From: Patescibacteria group bacterium
Lineage (GTDB): Bacteria > Patescibacteriota > Minisyncoccia > Phycocordibacterales > SBAW01
Length of the DNA: 64,000 nucleotides
Assembly (NCBI GenBank): GCA_016176685.1
Contig: JACOWS010000004.1
Coordinates: forward strand, 2,018 to 66,017
Direction: 5' to 3'
Part shown: in pieces, positions 36,557 to 46,816 of the stretch
How the letters are laid out: the number at the start of each line of letters is the position of its first letter
Position numbering within the stretch: position 1 is the stretch's first letter
The notes under the pieces: model-generated
What the model was told of the DNA's origin: nothing
What the model saw: only the letters and a program-made list of their open reading frames with translations
The model's database searches: none
Program-made: the position numbers and the translations under genes

Positions 36557-38410
36557 TCATATCGCCAAGACCACGGGGATAACGATGGGGCGCTTGTTGG
36601 TTTTTTCGAAAAGAAAGCGCGCGACCGCGTCGGTGACATTGTTTTTGACGTAGTCGAAGTTAACCGGCTGTTGGCCGTGGGTGGTGTCCTCAATAGTTTT
36701 CTTCACAATGATACGGGCTTGCTGGAGAAGTTCCTGGCTCTCGCGCAAATATATAAAGCCGCGCGAGATAATGTCCGGGCTTTTGCGCAGTTTCCCTGTG
36801 CGCGAGTTTACCGTTGCGATGATAACAAACATACCCTCGGCCGAAAGCACCGTCCTGTCGCGGATAACCACTTCCTGCATCTCTCCAATGGCAAAACCAT
36901 CCACCATCCGCAAGCTGTTGGGCGCATTTTCCTTAAGGCGTACAATTTTTTGCCCCTCGTTCTGTATCTCTATGACGGCGCCGTTGTCGGGAACCACTAT
37001 TTCGTCCTCGCTGCGCCCGCAGGCTTTGGCGATGTCGGCGTGCACGCGCAACATGTAGTGGTATCCGTGCAGCGGCATAAAGAATCGGGGATTTATTTTT
37101 TGATGTATCCAAAACGTTTCGTCTCGGTTGGCATGGCCGGAAGAGTGTACGTCCATTTGTTCGCGGTGGATGATACGCGCGCCCTGTCTCGAGAGATTGT
37201 CTTTTAGTTTTTGTACCGCGCGCTCATTGCCTGGCACTATGGAGGAGGAGAGCACCACCGTGTCTCCCTTTTTTATCTTGACGTATTTGTGTGTTTTGAC
37301 GGCGATGCGCATGAGTGCCGCAAACTCGTCGCCCTGGGCTCCGGTGGCAAGTATCAGTATTTTGTTGTCGGGCAGGCTCGTGAGCTGCTCCGGGCCGATA
37401 AACACGTTTTCGCTTACCTTAAGGAGCCCCAAGTGCTTCACTATCTCGATGTTTACCTTCATACTGCGGCCCTCTACCAAAATTTTGCGGCCCACACGCT
37501 CGGCCTGTTCAATAATACGCATCAAGCGCTCCAGCTGGGAGGAAAAGGTTCCTACAATAAGACGCCCCGGGGTCGTCACTATAATATCGTCCATGTTTTT
37601 CTTGACCGTGCTCTCGGGGATGGAAAACCCCGGCCTCTCGCAATTGGTCGAGTCTGCCGCCAAAAACAGCACTTTTTTGTCTTTGAAGAAGGCAAACTCT
37701 TCCTCCTCGGCTTGTGTCGGTACTCCTTCAACATGGTCAAGCTTGAGGTCGCCGGTAAACACCATGAGCCCGAATGGTGTTTCGATTATAATGCCCATCG
37801 CGTCTGGTATGGTGTGTGTCACCTCAAAGAAGCGCACTTTAAGGTCGCCGGCTCGCACAACTTCTTTCGCCTCTACCTCTTTGATGTCGAGCGGCTTCAA
37901 ATGGGGAAATTCCTCTTGTCGCTTGCGTATCATCACCGAGGTCAAGCGCCGTGTGTAGACAGTAGGGTAGCCGATGCGGTCTATTATGTAGGGTATGCCG
38001 CCGATGTGGTCGAGGTGGCCGTGCGTTATAAATATCCCGCGAATTTTTTGCGCTCGGTCCTCTAGATATTTGGTATTGGGAAGTATGTAGTCAATACCGG
38101 GCGTGTCGCCGTCGCGGAACTGAAATCCGCAGTCGACGACGATGATGTCGTCGCCAAACTCAATCGCGGTCATATTGCGGCCTATTTCCTCCACGCCACC
38201 CAAAGGGACTACGCGTATGTTGCCTGGTTCGAGCGGCGGTAGCGGCCTTTCCTCGCCGTTTACGCCGCCACTGCGCTCGCGTAGCTGGCGCGGCGGCGGC
38301 GTCTGGTGCGGGCGCGGCCCGCCGCGGCTCAAAGGGGCGCCTCTATGTCCGCGATTGCTCCTACCTCCGCGCTTGTCTCGCACTATAAAAGATTTTTTCT
38401 GTTGTTCCAT
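36557..38410 (-). CDS. rnj: Ribonuclease J
   Basis: LGGVEEIGRNMT, THGHLDHIGG, HSSGH. Confidence 0.96.
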   Translation of the reverse strand: MEQQKKSFIVRDKRGGRSNRGHRGAPLSRGGPRPHQTPPPRQLRERSGGVNGEERPLPPLEPGNIRVVPLGGVEEIGRNMTAIEFGDDIIVVDCGFQFRDGDTPGIDYILPNTKYLEDRAQKIRGIFITHGHLDHIGGIPYIIDRIGYPTVYTRRLTSVMIRKRQEEFPHLKPLDIKEVEAKEVVRAGDLKVRFFEVTHTIPDAMGIIIETPFGLMVFTGDLKLDHVEGVPTQAEEEEFAFFKDKKVLFLAADSTNCERPGFSIPESTVKKNMDDIIVTTPGRLIVGTFSSQLERLMRIIEQAERVGRKILVEGRSMKVNIEIVKHLGLLKVSENVFIGPEQLTSLPDNKILILATGAQGDEFAALMRIAVKTHKYVKIKKGDTVVLSSSIVPGNERAVQKLKDNLSRQGARIIHREQMDVHSSGHANRDETFWIHQKINPRFFMPLHGYHYMLRVHADIAKACGRSEDEIVVPDNGAVIEIQNEGQKIVRLKENAPNSLRMVDGFAIGEMQEVVIRDRTVLSAEGMFVIIATVNSRTGKLRKSPDIISRGFIYLRESQELLQQARIIVKKTIEDTTHGQQPVNFDYVKNNVTDAVARFLFEKTNKRPIVIPVVLAI

Positions 38411-38415
38411 TGCAC

Positions 38416-40197
38416 CTATCGATTAGTAAATAGAGGCCACACGTAGTCTGTCTCCCGATGCCAACTCTGCACAGAGAGGAAGCGGTCGCTTGGAGTTCCT
38501 ATAAAGCCCACATTGAGCCCGTATACGTCTTGAGGAATAGTATACACGAAATCCGGCGCATAGAGAAATATCGCCGGAATGTCCTTTGCCAACTCTGCCT
38601 CAAACTTTTTGTATAGCATGGCGCGCGCGTCTTGGTCTACCGTTTTTCTAAGGTCTTCAAGGGCAGCGTCGGCGGTGGAGTTTGCATACAGAGCGATGTT
38701 GAGTCCCGGGTCGTTGCGTTGGCTCGAGTGCCAAAAGGCAAATAAGTCGAGTTCGCGGCCCACCACCTCGCCAAAAAGAAGCGCGTCGTACTTGCGCGGG
38801 CGGATAACATTTTGTGACAAATCTCCCTGGTCGTAAATCTGTACCTCAACATCGGCCCCCATGCGCTCCCATGCGGCGCGTACAAACTCTGCGGCGGCTC
38901 GCAGCTCCGGCACGTTTCCTGTCGAAAGTGTAAATGCAAGTCTGATGGTCTGCGCTTTTTTGCCGGTGCCGGTTGTTTTAAACAACACCCCATCGCCTCC
39001 AAGCTCCCAACCCTTAGAGATGAAAAATTGCCGTGCCAAAAGAGCGTGGTCGACCTTGTCTATCGATTGGTAAGACGGGTCTGTCGAGGCGGCGGCGGAT
39101 ATCCCTCTGCTGGCAAGGATATTCGGCGGCACCGGACCCTCAAGCGCGGCGCCGTAACCCCCTAAAATCTCCACAACTAGCGAATCTCTATCCACCGCCT
39201 TCTGGAGTGCCTGTCTCACGGTGATGTCGCGCAGTACCTCGGACTGGTTTTGGTTAAAAAAGACGCCAAACACTCGGTTGAGCGGCGAGCGTACTATGTT
39301 AAAACTCTGCAATTTTTCAAGCGAGGAGGGAGAAAGCTCGCTGGCGGCCTCTATCTCGCCGGACTGCAATGCCGAAACAACCGCCTCTTCATTTTGATAA
39401 AAACGGAGTGTCAGATTCGCAAGGTACGGTTCTCCAAGTTCATATTTTTTAAATGCACTAAGGTTATAGGAAGAGGGGATGCCCGCCGGCGTACGCGCTA
39501 TGGTATTAATTCGGAACGGCCCGGATCCTATGGGCGACGTGTTAAGTTCGCTGAAGGGAAATTCTTCACCGCTGACATCTTGCCAGAGATGCTTGGGGAG
39601 TATGCCCAGAATCATATTTTCAATAAACGGGGAGTAAGCGCTTTTTAAGCTGAAACGCACGGTGTAATCGTCGACTTTTCCCACGGCGACGCCGTCCCAG
39701 TTTGCCCGCACGGGGCTTTTGAGCACCGGGTCTTGGGTTTTTGCGATGGTAAAGACGATATCGTCGGCGGTCACCGGCGACCCGTCGTGGAAGGTTGCGT
39801 CCTGGCGCAGGGCAAACGTGTAGGTCCTCCCATTGTCGGAAATATCATAACTCGCAGCCAGGTCAGGCAGGTAGTCGCCATCGGGTGTCGCGCGCAGAAG
39901 CCCGGAGTACACCAGGGTGGTGAGGTCGCGGTCGGCGTCGGAGAGCGCGAGTATTGGGTTGATAAAGCGCGGGCTACCGACGATACCTTCAGATATGCCG
40001 CCACCGTACCCTGGGGTGGCCACGAGGAGCGAGTTATTCAGTATATAGATGAGCCCGCTGGCCGAGACAATAAGCAATCCTGCAAAAAAGAGAAATAGAG
40101 CCCGCCCGCTTGCAGAAAAGGAGCGATACAGACCTTCCGCTGTATCAAACAACGGCACATACACGGGCCGGGAGGCGCTCTGCCAAAGATGTTTCAT
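38416..40197 (-). CDS. Peptide ABC transporter substrate-binding protein (family 5)
   Basis: PRFINP, FHDG.PVTADD, PIGSGPF, FWHSSQ. Confidence 0.9.
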   Translation of the reverse strand: MKHLWQSASRPVYVPLFDTAEGLYRSFSASGRALFLFFAGLLIVSASGLIYILNNSLLVATPGYGGGISEGIVGSPRFINPILALSDADRDLTTLVYSGLLRATPDGDYLPDLAASYDISDNGRTYTFALRQDATFHDGSPVTADDIVFTIAKTQDPVLKSPVRANWDGVAVGKVDDYTVRFSLKSAYSPFIENMILGILPKHLWQDVSGEEFPFSELNTSPIGSGPFRINTIARTPAGIPSSYNLSAFKKYELGEPYLANLTLRFYQNEEAVVSALQSGEIEAASELSPSSLEKLQSFNIVRSPLNRVFGVFFNQNQSEVLRDITVRQALQKAVDRDSLVVEILGGYGAALEGPVPPNILASRGISAAASTDPSYQSIDKVDHALLARQFFISKGWELGGDGVLFKTTGTGKKAQTIRLAFTLSTGNVPELRAAAEFVRAAWERMGADVEVQIYDQGDLSQNVIRPRKYDALLFGEVVGRELDLFAFWHSSQRNDPGLNIALYANSTADAALEDLRKTVDQDARAMLYKKFEAELAKDIPAIFLYAPDFVYTIPQDVYGLNVGFIGTPSDRFLSVQSWHRETDYVWPLFTNR

Positions 40198-40211
40198 TAT
40201 GTCTTACTTCG

Positions 40212-40442
40212 TTATTGTATGAGGAGTGCGAGGAACGACAGCACGCCCAGAAGTACCCCCATGACTATGGTCGCATAGAAGAGGTTTTTCTCCATCCCGC
40301 GCCGCGTGTGGTACCCGGCAGAGAAGTTGTCTCCGCCGAACGCACCGCCCAAAGAAGCGCCTGTCTGCTGGAGCAGTACGGCGATAATAATAAGTATTGC
40401 GAGCACTAACTGTATGTACGGCAACAGGCCGCCAAGCGTCAT
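40212..40442 (-). CDS. secG: Preprotein translocase subunit SecG
   Basis: VLLQQ.G..LGGAFGG, TRRG.EK. Confidence 0.9.
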   Translation of the reverse strand: MTLGGLLPYIQLVLAILIIIAVLLQQTGASLGGAFGGDNFSAGYHTRRGMEKNLFYATIVMGVLLGVLSFLALLIQ

Positions 40443-40563
40443 GTGGGTTTATGCTAGCACACCTCCCCCAAACCCGCAACGGCCTCAATAAGAGGTGGTC
40501 GTGGTAAGGTTGGTCCTTAGACACAGTTTGTTTTAGGTGTGGAAATGTGTTATTTTTTTAGGC

Positions 40564-40767
40564 ATGGATATCGCCGACCTCAAAAACGTAGTGTGGAAAG
40601 AAGGTAAGCATTATGTTGCCCAGTCTTTGAATGTTGATGTGTCCAGTTTTGGAAACACAAAAGGAGAGGCTCTTGTAAATTTACGAGAAGCTCTCGAGCT
40701 TTATTTTGAGGACGCAGAACAAGATTCCGCGACGACGGTGGAAGAACCTGAAATCGTGTCGGTATAA
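40564..40767 (+). CDS. HicB-like antitoxin
   Basis: VSSFG.T..EAL.NL.EALELYFE. Confidence 0.85.
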   Translation: MDIADLKNVVWKEGKHYVAQSLNVDVSSFGNTKGEALVNLREALELYFEDAEQDSATTVEEPEIVSV

Positions 40768-40979
40768 TGCCGCAACTATTTTCCTCAGCGCACATCATCA
40801 CTGTTCTCGAAAAGAATGGCTTTTACCTTGTCTCGCAGAAAGGGAGCCACACAAAGTATAGGAAGGTGAATAAAGAAAAGAAGCTTACCGTGATTGTCCC
40901 AGCCAACAAGAAAGAAATCCCGCTGGGGACTTTTCGCTCTATCCTACGGCAATCTCAATTGGACATTAAGGACTTTTAG
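40767..40979 (+). CDS. HicA-like mRNA interferase toxin
   Basis: GF....QKGSH, VP...EIP.GT..SILRQ. Confidence 0.88.
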   Translation: MPQLFSSAHIITVLEKNGFYLVSQKGSHTKYRKVNKEKKLTVIVPANKKEIPLGTFRSILRQSQLDIKDF

Positions 40980-41152
40980 AATATTTACCCTCACTCAAAC
41001 TACCGCTAGTTTGACATTAAACACGGCAAAATGGGCGGCTTTTCTCATTTTGACGCACACATCTTGACAGGGGGGGTGGTTTTGCCTATTGTGGAGCCGA
41101 TTGTTCGTCCCGAGACAAACGTTTTTACCAGCATTAGCAACGCGCTTTTCCT

Positions 41153-41515
41153 ATGAAAAAGAAACAGAAGAAATCAGCAACAAAGTCCGAGTCAAAAAAA
41201 GCGCCGGCAAAAAAGCCGGCAAAAAAAGGCGCGCTTGGCCAACCCTATGGCGACCGCGTACTGGTAAAACCCGCCGCGCCGGAGGAGGTAACCTCTTTTG
41301 GCCTCATAATCCCAGACGCCGCCAAGGAAAAACCCGAGCAGGGCACGGTGGTCGCTATTGGCCCCGGTAAAAAAAACGATGAAGGTCGCGTGGTTCCGCT
41401 GTCGGTTAAAGTGGGCGACCGTATTATGTTCTCGAAATACGGGTATGAAGAAATAAAAATCAACGGCACCGAGTATTACCTTATCAAGGAAGACAGCATT
41501 ACCTACCTCTTTTAA
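41153..41515 (+). CDS. groES: Co-chaperonin GroES (Lys-rich N-terminal extension)
   Basis: P.GDRVLV, GLIIPD.AKEKP..G.VVA.GPG. Confidence 0.95.
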   Translation: MKKKQKKSATKSESKKAPAKKPAKKGALGQPYGDRVLVKPAAPEEVTSFGLIIPDAAKEKPEQGTVVAIGPGKKNDEGRVVPLSVKVGDRIMFSKYGYEEIKINGTEYYLIKEDSITYLF

Positions 41516-41533
41516 TCTCTCTAGAATCTCACT

Positions 41534-43180
41534 ATGGCAAAGCAAATTCTCTACAACGAAAAAGCTCGCCGCGCGCTTAAGGCGGGTATCGACAAGGCGG
41601 CGGGTGCCGTCAAGGTAACCTTGGGCCCGCGCGGCCGCAACGTCGCGCTCGACAAAGGATACGGCGGCCCGACCATCACCAACGACGGCGTTTCTATCGC
41701 CAAGGAAATAACATTGCGCGACAAGTTTGAAAACATGGGAGCCGAGATTGTAAAAGAGGTAGCCCAAAAAACCAACGACATCGCCGGCGACGGCACCACC
41801 ACCTCGGTGGTTCTCCTGCTGGCTTTGGTGGAAGAGGGGATGAAACATACCGAGGCGGGGCTCAACGCCATGGGCATACGTTCAGGCATAGAAAAAGCTG
41901 GTGCCGATGCGGTGACGGCACTGCGCGGCCTTGCAAAAAAGATTGCGGGAGACGAGGAAATCCGACAGGTTGCCACTATTGCCGCCGAGTCGGAAGAGGT
42001 AGGCAAAATTATCGCCGACACCATCGGCGAGGTGGGCAAAGATGGAGTTGTAACGGTGGAGGAGTCGCAGTCGCTGGGGATAGAAAAGGAGGTGGTGGAG
42101 GGTATGGAATTTGACCGCGGCTATGTGAGCGCCTATATGGTAACTGATGCTCAGCGGATGGAAGCATCAATGAAAGATGCGCCCATACTAATCACAGACA
42201 AAAAAATATCATCCGTGCAAGAAATTTTACCTGTGCTTGAAAAGATAGCGGGGAGTGGCAAAAAAGACCTCGTGATTATCGCCGACGATGTAGAGGGCGA
42301 GGCCTTGGCGACTTTTGTGCTCAATAAACTGCGCGGCACATTCAATATCCTTGCGGTTAAGGCACCGGGCTACGGCGACCGAAAAGAGGAGATGCTTCAG
42401 GACATCGCCACGGTGACCGGCGGACAGGTCATTTCAGAAAAAGTCGGCATCAAGTTCGAAAACGCGGAGATTGCCATGCTCGGCCGCGCCGCGCGCGTGG
42501 TGGCTACCAAGGACTCTACCGTAATCGTGGGAGGCAAGGGAGGCAAAAAAGATATAGAAAAACGCATTGCCGAAATCCGCGAACAGCTTGGGAAAACGGA
42601 ATCGAAGTTTGACAAAGAAAAGCTTGAGGAGCGGCTGGCAAAACTTATGGGCGGGGTGGCGGTCATACGCGTGGGCGCGGCGACCGAGACGGAGATGAAG
42701 TATCTTAAGCTCAAGATCGAAGACGCGGTTAACGCAACCAAGGCCGCAATAGAAGAGGGCGTGGTTGCCGGCGGCGGCACCGCACTGGTGCGGGCCGCGC
42801 AAAAAATAGAAGAAAATTTTGCAAAGACGAAAGAAAAAATGACCGTCGACGAGCGCATCGGATACGAAGTGGTGCTCAAGGCGCTTGAGATGCCACTGCG
42901 CCAAATTGCACAAAACGCCGGCTTTGACCCGGGCGTCGCGGTGCTTAAAATATCGGAGGGCAAGGGTAATGCGGGATACGATGCCGTGTCGGGGAAAGTC
43001 GTTCCAGACATGATGGAAGCGGGCATCATCGACCCGGTCAAGGTTACGCGCACGGCGCTCGAGCGTGCCACCTCCGCCGCCGCTATGCTTATAACGACCG
43101 AAGCGGCCGTAGCCGAAGAGCCAAAAGAGGAAAAAGATTCCCCCATCCCAGGCGGTGGGATGGGGGACATGGACTATTAA
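41534..43180 (+). CDS. groEL: Chaperonin GroEL
   Basis: [21 protein letters not shown] tail. Confidence 0.98.
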   Translation: MAKQILYNEKARRALKAGIDKAAGAVKVTLGPRGRNVALDKGYGGPTITNDGVSIAKEITLRDKFENMGAEIVKEVAQKTNDIAGDGTTTSVVLLLALVEEGMKHTEAGLNAMGIRSGIEKAGADAVTALRGLAKKIAGDEEIRQVATIAAESEEVGKIIADTIGEVGKDGVVTVEESQSLGIEKEVVEGMEFDRGYVSAYMVTDAQRMEASMKDAPILITDKKISSVQEILPVLEKIAGSGKKDLVIIADDVEGEALATFVLNKLRGTFNILAVKAPGYGDRKEEMLQDIATVTGGQVISEKVGIKFENAEIAMLGRAARVVATKDSTVIVGGKGGKKDIEKRIAEIREQLGKTESKFDKEKLEERLAKLMGGVAVIRVGAATETEMKYLKLKIEDAVNATKAAIEEGVVAGGGTALVRAAQKIEENFAKTKEKMTVDERIGYEVVLKALEMPLRQIAQNAGFDPGVAVLKISEGKGNAGYDAVSGKVVPDMMEAGIIDPVKVTRTALERATSAAAMLITTEAAVAEEPKEEKDSPIPGGGMGDMDY

Positions 43181-43198
43181 AAGTGCTATACTTGTAGT

Positions 43199-43759
43199 AT
43201 GAACTGGGTTTACCTGCTACTGGGCGCACTTTTAGTGGTTGTGCTGTGGGTGGTAGCGGTGTACAACCGCTTTATCCGGATGGTCAACCGCGCTAAAGAG
43301 GCGTGGGCCGACATTGATGTCCAACTCAAGCGCCGCTATGACCTTATCCCCAACCTTTTGGAAACGGTCAAGGGTTATGCCAAGCACGAAAGCGGCACGT
43401 TTGAAAAGGTGACCGCCGCGCGCGCGGCGGCGATGGACGCCGGCGGTGTTGCAGAGAAGGGCAAGGCGGAAAACTTTTTGAGTGAAACACTGAAATCTCT
43501 CTTTGCGGTTGCCGAGGCGTATCCGGACCTTAAGGCAAACCAAAACTTCCTCGAGCTTCAGCGCGAGTTGTCCGACACCGAAAATAAAATCCAGGCCGCG
43601 CGCCGATTTTACAACGGCAATGTGCGCGACCTCAACACTTCGCTCCAAAGCTTCCCCAACAACGTTATAGCGGAGTTCTTCCACTTTGAGCCGCGCGAGT
43701 TCTTCGAGCTGGGGGAAAGGGAAGGTGCCGCCCGCGAACCTGTTGCGGTCAAATTTTAA
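43199..43759 (+). CDS. lemA: LemA family protein
   Basis: IDVQLKRRYDLIPNL, YPDLKAN, ARRFYN. Confidence 0.95.
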   Translation: MNWVYLLLGALLVVVLWVVAVYNRFIRMVNRAKEAWADIDVQLKRRYDLIPNLLETVKGYAKHESGTFEKVTAARAAAMDAGGVAEKGKAENFLSETLKSLFAVAEAYPDLKANQNFLELQRELSDTENKIQAARRFYNGNVRDLNTSLQSFPNNVIAEFFHFEPREFFELGEREGAAREPVAVKF

Positions 43760-43766
43760 TCGCTAT

Positions 43767-43872
43767 ATAAAAACAAGCCTTCAGGGCACCACAAATTTCC
43801 TGCTGGAAATTTGCTGAGTCTCGCGCCGACGCGCTCGACCGCGGACTCACTGCCCTTAAGACTTGTTTTTAT
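43767..43872. repeat. Intergenic three-way-junction palindromic element
   Basis: Closing stem ATAAAAACAAG/CTTGTTTTTAT with two internal hairpins. Confidence 0.65.
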
Positions 43873-43884
43873 CTAGCCTCACAC

Positions 43885-44778
43885 ATGGCCACTCTCTACA
43901 CTCACCAGTCGGAAAATATTGCAAAAACCTGGGTCTTGCTGGGTGTTTTTGTGGGCATAGTTATAGGCGTAGGGTGGGCCGTATCGTGGTACTTTAACAA
44001 CCCGGGCATCCTGGTTATTGCCGTTATCTTTGCCTTGGTGATGAATGTCTTGAGCTACTGGTGGAGTGACAAAATTGTGGTGGGCTTAGCAGGTGCGCGG
44101 CAGGCGCCGGAAACCGAGTTCCCCGACCTGCACAACTTGGTAGAGAATTTGGCTATTACCGCCGGGCTTCCAAAACCAAAAGTGTATATTATCGAGGACT
44201 CCGCCCCCAATGCCTTTGCCACGGGGCGCAACAAGGAGCATGCGGTGGTTGCTGTAACGACCGGGCTCTTGGCGGCACTTGAGCGTGCCGAGCTGGAGGG
44301 GGTTATAGCACACGAGCTTTCTCACATCGGCAACCGCGACATGCTGGTTTCGACGGTGGCGGTGGTGTTGGTCGGGTTTATTGCCATTGTATCCGACCTA
44401 TTTTTGCGCTCGATGTTGTGGGGTGGCAAAGGTGGAGACCGAGACAACAAAAACCCTGTTTTGATGATTGTTGCGATGGCGTTCATTGTGCTCGCCCCCA
44501 TTGCCGCAACCCTGCTGCAGCTGGCAGTCTCGCGCAAACGCGAGTTTTTGGCAGACGCCTCCGGCGCGCTTTTGACCCGCTATCCCGAAGGGCTCGCAAA
44601 CGCCCTGCGCAAAATAGGCAGCTACCAAACGCCGATGCGCCGCGCGAGCAACGCCACCGCGCACCTCTATATTGCCAACCCCTTTGGCCCCAAGGCCCAA
44701 ACAAGCGGCCTGGCAAAACTGTTCATGACCCACCCGCCGATAGCGGAGCGCATTAGGGCACTTACCGGCGGCAAATAA
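43885..44778 (+). CDS. htpX: Zinc metalloprotease HtpX (M48)
   Basis: PNAFATGR, HELSH, SRKREFLAD, THPP. Confidence 0.95.
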   Translation: MATLYTHQSENIAKTWVLLGVFVGIVIGVGWAVSWYFNNPGILVIAVIFALVMNVLSYWWSDKIVVGLAGARQAPETEFPDLHNLVENLAITAGLPKPKVYIIEDSAPNAFATGRNKEHAVVAVTTGLLAALERAELEGVIAHELSHIGNRDMLVSTVAVVLVGFIAIVSDLFLRSMLWGGKGGDRDNKNPVLMIVAMAFIVLAPIAATLLQLAVSRKREFLADASGALLTRYPEGLANALRKIGSYQTPMRRASNATAHLYIANPFGPKAQTSGLAKLFMTHPPIAERIRALTGGK

Positions 44779-44899
44779 AACCGACCAGCGCAAACGCAAT
44801 GCCTGGTTGCGCGAGCAACAAGTTAAAAGGTATAAACATGGAGAAGCTTTCAGAAAGTTGATAGGGTCACTGCCTCGGGTGGGGCCACATTGAAAGCGA

Positions 44900-44984
44900 G
44901 GAGGGTTCGCATAGCGGTCTAGTGCGCACGCTTGGAAAGCGTGTGTGGAGCAATCCACCAAGGGTTCGAATCCCTTACCCTCCG
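44900..44984 (+). tRNA. tRNA-Ser(GGA)
   Basis: GGAGGGT/ACCCTCC acceptor, CACGC-TTGGAAA-GCGTG, long variable arm. Confidence 0.95.
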
Positions 44985-45210
44985 CAGAAAGAAACTTCCG
45001 AATCCGAAAGGTGGGAAGAAGCCGCTGCCTGCGGCGCGGGCGTGGGCAAAAGAGCCCGTCGCTTCGCGACGAATTGGGACGGGACGGGTGCGGCGAAATG
45101 GGCGGATTTGTCACGAACCAGCGGGTTCGTTCCGATTTTTTGGACGAACGACTTGATTTGGTACAAATCAGAGGAGGAGGACAAAAAATTGGCTTGTTTC
45201 GTATCTAAAG
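44975..45210 (-). pseudogene. C-terminal remnant of a site-specific (serine) recombinase reading into tRNA-Ser 3' end
   Basis: LDTKQANFLSSSSDLYQIKSFVQKIGTNPLVRDKSAHF...FCGG*; resembles recombinase tails at CPR tRNAs (from memory); no catalytic domain. Confidence 0.45.
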
Positions 45211-45215
45211 ATAAG

Positions 45216-45388
45216 GGGGACAGGCACAGTATTGACATGATATGCTTCACGCATGGCTCAATCAAATGGTGGAAAAGTACCAGCTTGAGTCTACAGTCAG
45301 ACCACTTGGTCGGCCGAAGAAGTCCTAAAATTGTGCCTGTCCCCGTATTCCGTATTTCTGTGCCTGTCCCCGTATTTGTCCCCGTATT
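45216..45388 (+). mobile_element. Internally deleted REP-associated tyrosine transposase (RAYT) element
   Basis: GGGGACAGGCACA (45216-28) inverted to TGTGCCTGTCCCC (45332-44, 45359-71), enclosing WLNQMVEKYQLESTVRPLGRPKKS*. Confidence 0.65.
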
Positions 45389-45646
45389 CGTATTCCTTCC
45401 TGAGCAAGGAGGCACTCCGCGCTCTCCAACGTATACTCAATAAGATGTTGGAATGACATGTGCATAAACTCTTCTATTCTCAGTACCAGCTCGCCAAGTA
45501 GAAAACGAACGGCGAGCTTTCTTTTTTATAAATTCAAAGAGCGAGAATTTGCCGCCCCATACTTCGCCAAGGCTTCGTAGGGCGAGCGTGACGCAACCTG
45601 TCAAGGTTTGCGAGGGCGACCCATTGAAATCATGTATTATAAAAAT

Positions 45647-45865
45647 ATGATTAAAAAATTACCTTTAGGAAAATACGAGCACTACAAGGGGAAACAATAT
45701 GAAGTTATTGGAGTTGCAAAACACAGCGAAACTCTGGAAGAACTGGTAGTTTATCGAGCTTTGTATGGGGAACACAGTTTATGGATTAGGCCACTGGATA
45801 TGTTTTTAGAAACGGTAGAAATTGAGGGCAAGAAAATCCCAAGATTCAAGTTTATAGAAAAGTAA
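45647..45865 (+). CDS. DUF1653 domain protein
   Basis: G.Y.HYKG..YEV.G.A.HSET.E..VVYRALY, W.RP..MF. Confidence 0.92.
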   Translation: MIKKLPLGKYEHYKGKQYEVIGVAKHSETLEELVVYRALYGEHSLWIRPLDMFLETVEIEGKKIPRFKFIEK

Positions 45866-45882
45866 GTAGTATAGGTAGTATC

Positions 45883-46362
45883 ATGTCTTTGCGTCTTATG
45901 GTTGCGCTCACCGGTGTGGCCCTGCTTGTGGTAGCGTTTGGTATGCACTTTGCTTCCACGGAGTATCCAAAAATGCAAACAAAATTACCGACAACCACGG
46001 TAATAATAGGCCCCGTCGTTGTTCTTGTAGAAGTCGCTTCGACCGACATTGCAAGGCGACAGGGCCTTTCCGGCAGAGCCACTCTAGAGGAGGGGAGTGG
46101 TATGCTGTTTGTGTTTGATACGGAAGGGGAATGGGGTATCTGGATGAAGGACATGCACTTTCCGATAGACATCATTTGGGCAAGCCAAGATGGCACCGTG
46201 GTTACCGTTGCCAAAGATATATCGCCCGATACCTACCCACAGGCGTTTTATCCGAGTGTCCCGGCGCGCTATGTACTTGAGGTGCCCGCAGGGTTTGTTG
46301 CGGCGCACGATGTTGCAGAGGGTTCTCGTTTGAGTATTGAAAATGCAAACGCTCCGCGGTAG
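45883..46362 (+). CDS. DUF192 domain protein
   Basis: GLSGR, GMLFVF, WMKDM.FPIDIIW, YVLEV.AG. Confidence 0.92.
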   Translation: MSLRLMVALTGVALLVVAFGMHFASTEYPKMQTKLPTTTVIIGPVVVLVEVASTDIARRQGLSGRATLEEGSGMLFVFDTEGEWGIWMKDMHFPIDIIWASQDGTVVTVAKDISPDTYPQAFYPSVPARYVLEVPAGFVAAHDVAEGSRLSIENANAPR

Positions 46363-46385
46363 CGGAGCGTCCACAGGTCTAGCAC

Positions 46386-46694
46386 GCGCGTCTGTAAGCC
46401 GAATTCTGTCGTGAGCAACAATTTATCTGGGCCCTGCGTCGCCACAGAGCTCAAGCGGCACTCCCGTTGATTTCTCTCAGGGCACGGCCTTGCACTCGGG
46501 TAAGGATTTTGCCGTTTCACCCTTCGACAAGCAAAGGGCAAGCCCTAAGATATCGAAGACTCGTCTCTGTTCGCACCTCTTTTGCCTGCTAGAAGCAAAT
46601 GACAGGCGTTACCTGCTACCCTTTCTACACACATCGCGTAGATAGTGTTCGGACTTTCCTCTCCGCTTATAGGCGAAGTAGTTGCTAAACGCGC
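46386..46694 (-). ncRNA. rnpB: RNase P RNA
   Basis: Minus strand GAGGAAAGTCCGAACAC near the 5' end and ACAGAATTCGGCTTAC near the 3' end; P1 pairing of the ends. Confidence 0.93.
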
Positions 46695-46816
46695 TTTAAA
46701 TAGTATATCACAAATCCACACCCCTTGTCTTGCGAGCCAAAATACAAGGTATACTGGGGGAGGTTGAATTAATAGGAGGGCATAGCGCCCTCATAAATAG
46801 TTTATTGTTAACTATC

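Noticed and set aside
40564-40979. hicB-hicA order as a novel TA system
   Set aside because: Short HicB preceding HicA is a known arrangement.
41120-41152. TTAGCA upstream of groES as a CIRCE element
   Set aside because: Only a partial left arm; the GAGTGCTAA right arm is absent.
45330-45397. Short tandem repeats as a possible CRISPR array
   Set aside because: Units are about 13-19 bp without unique 30-40 bp spacers and there are no cas genes; better explained as REP copies.
44922-45443. ORFs overlapping tRNA-Ser (and those over tRNA-Gly, -Arg, -Phe and -Val)
   Set aside because: Spurious translations of tRNA and repeat sequence, apart from the recombinase and RAYT remnants reported.
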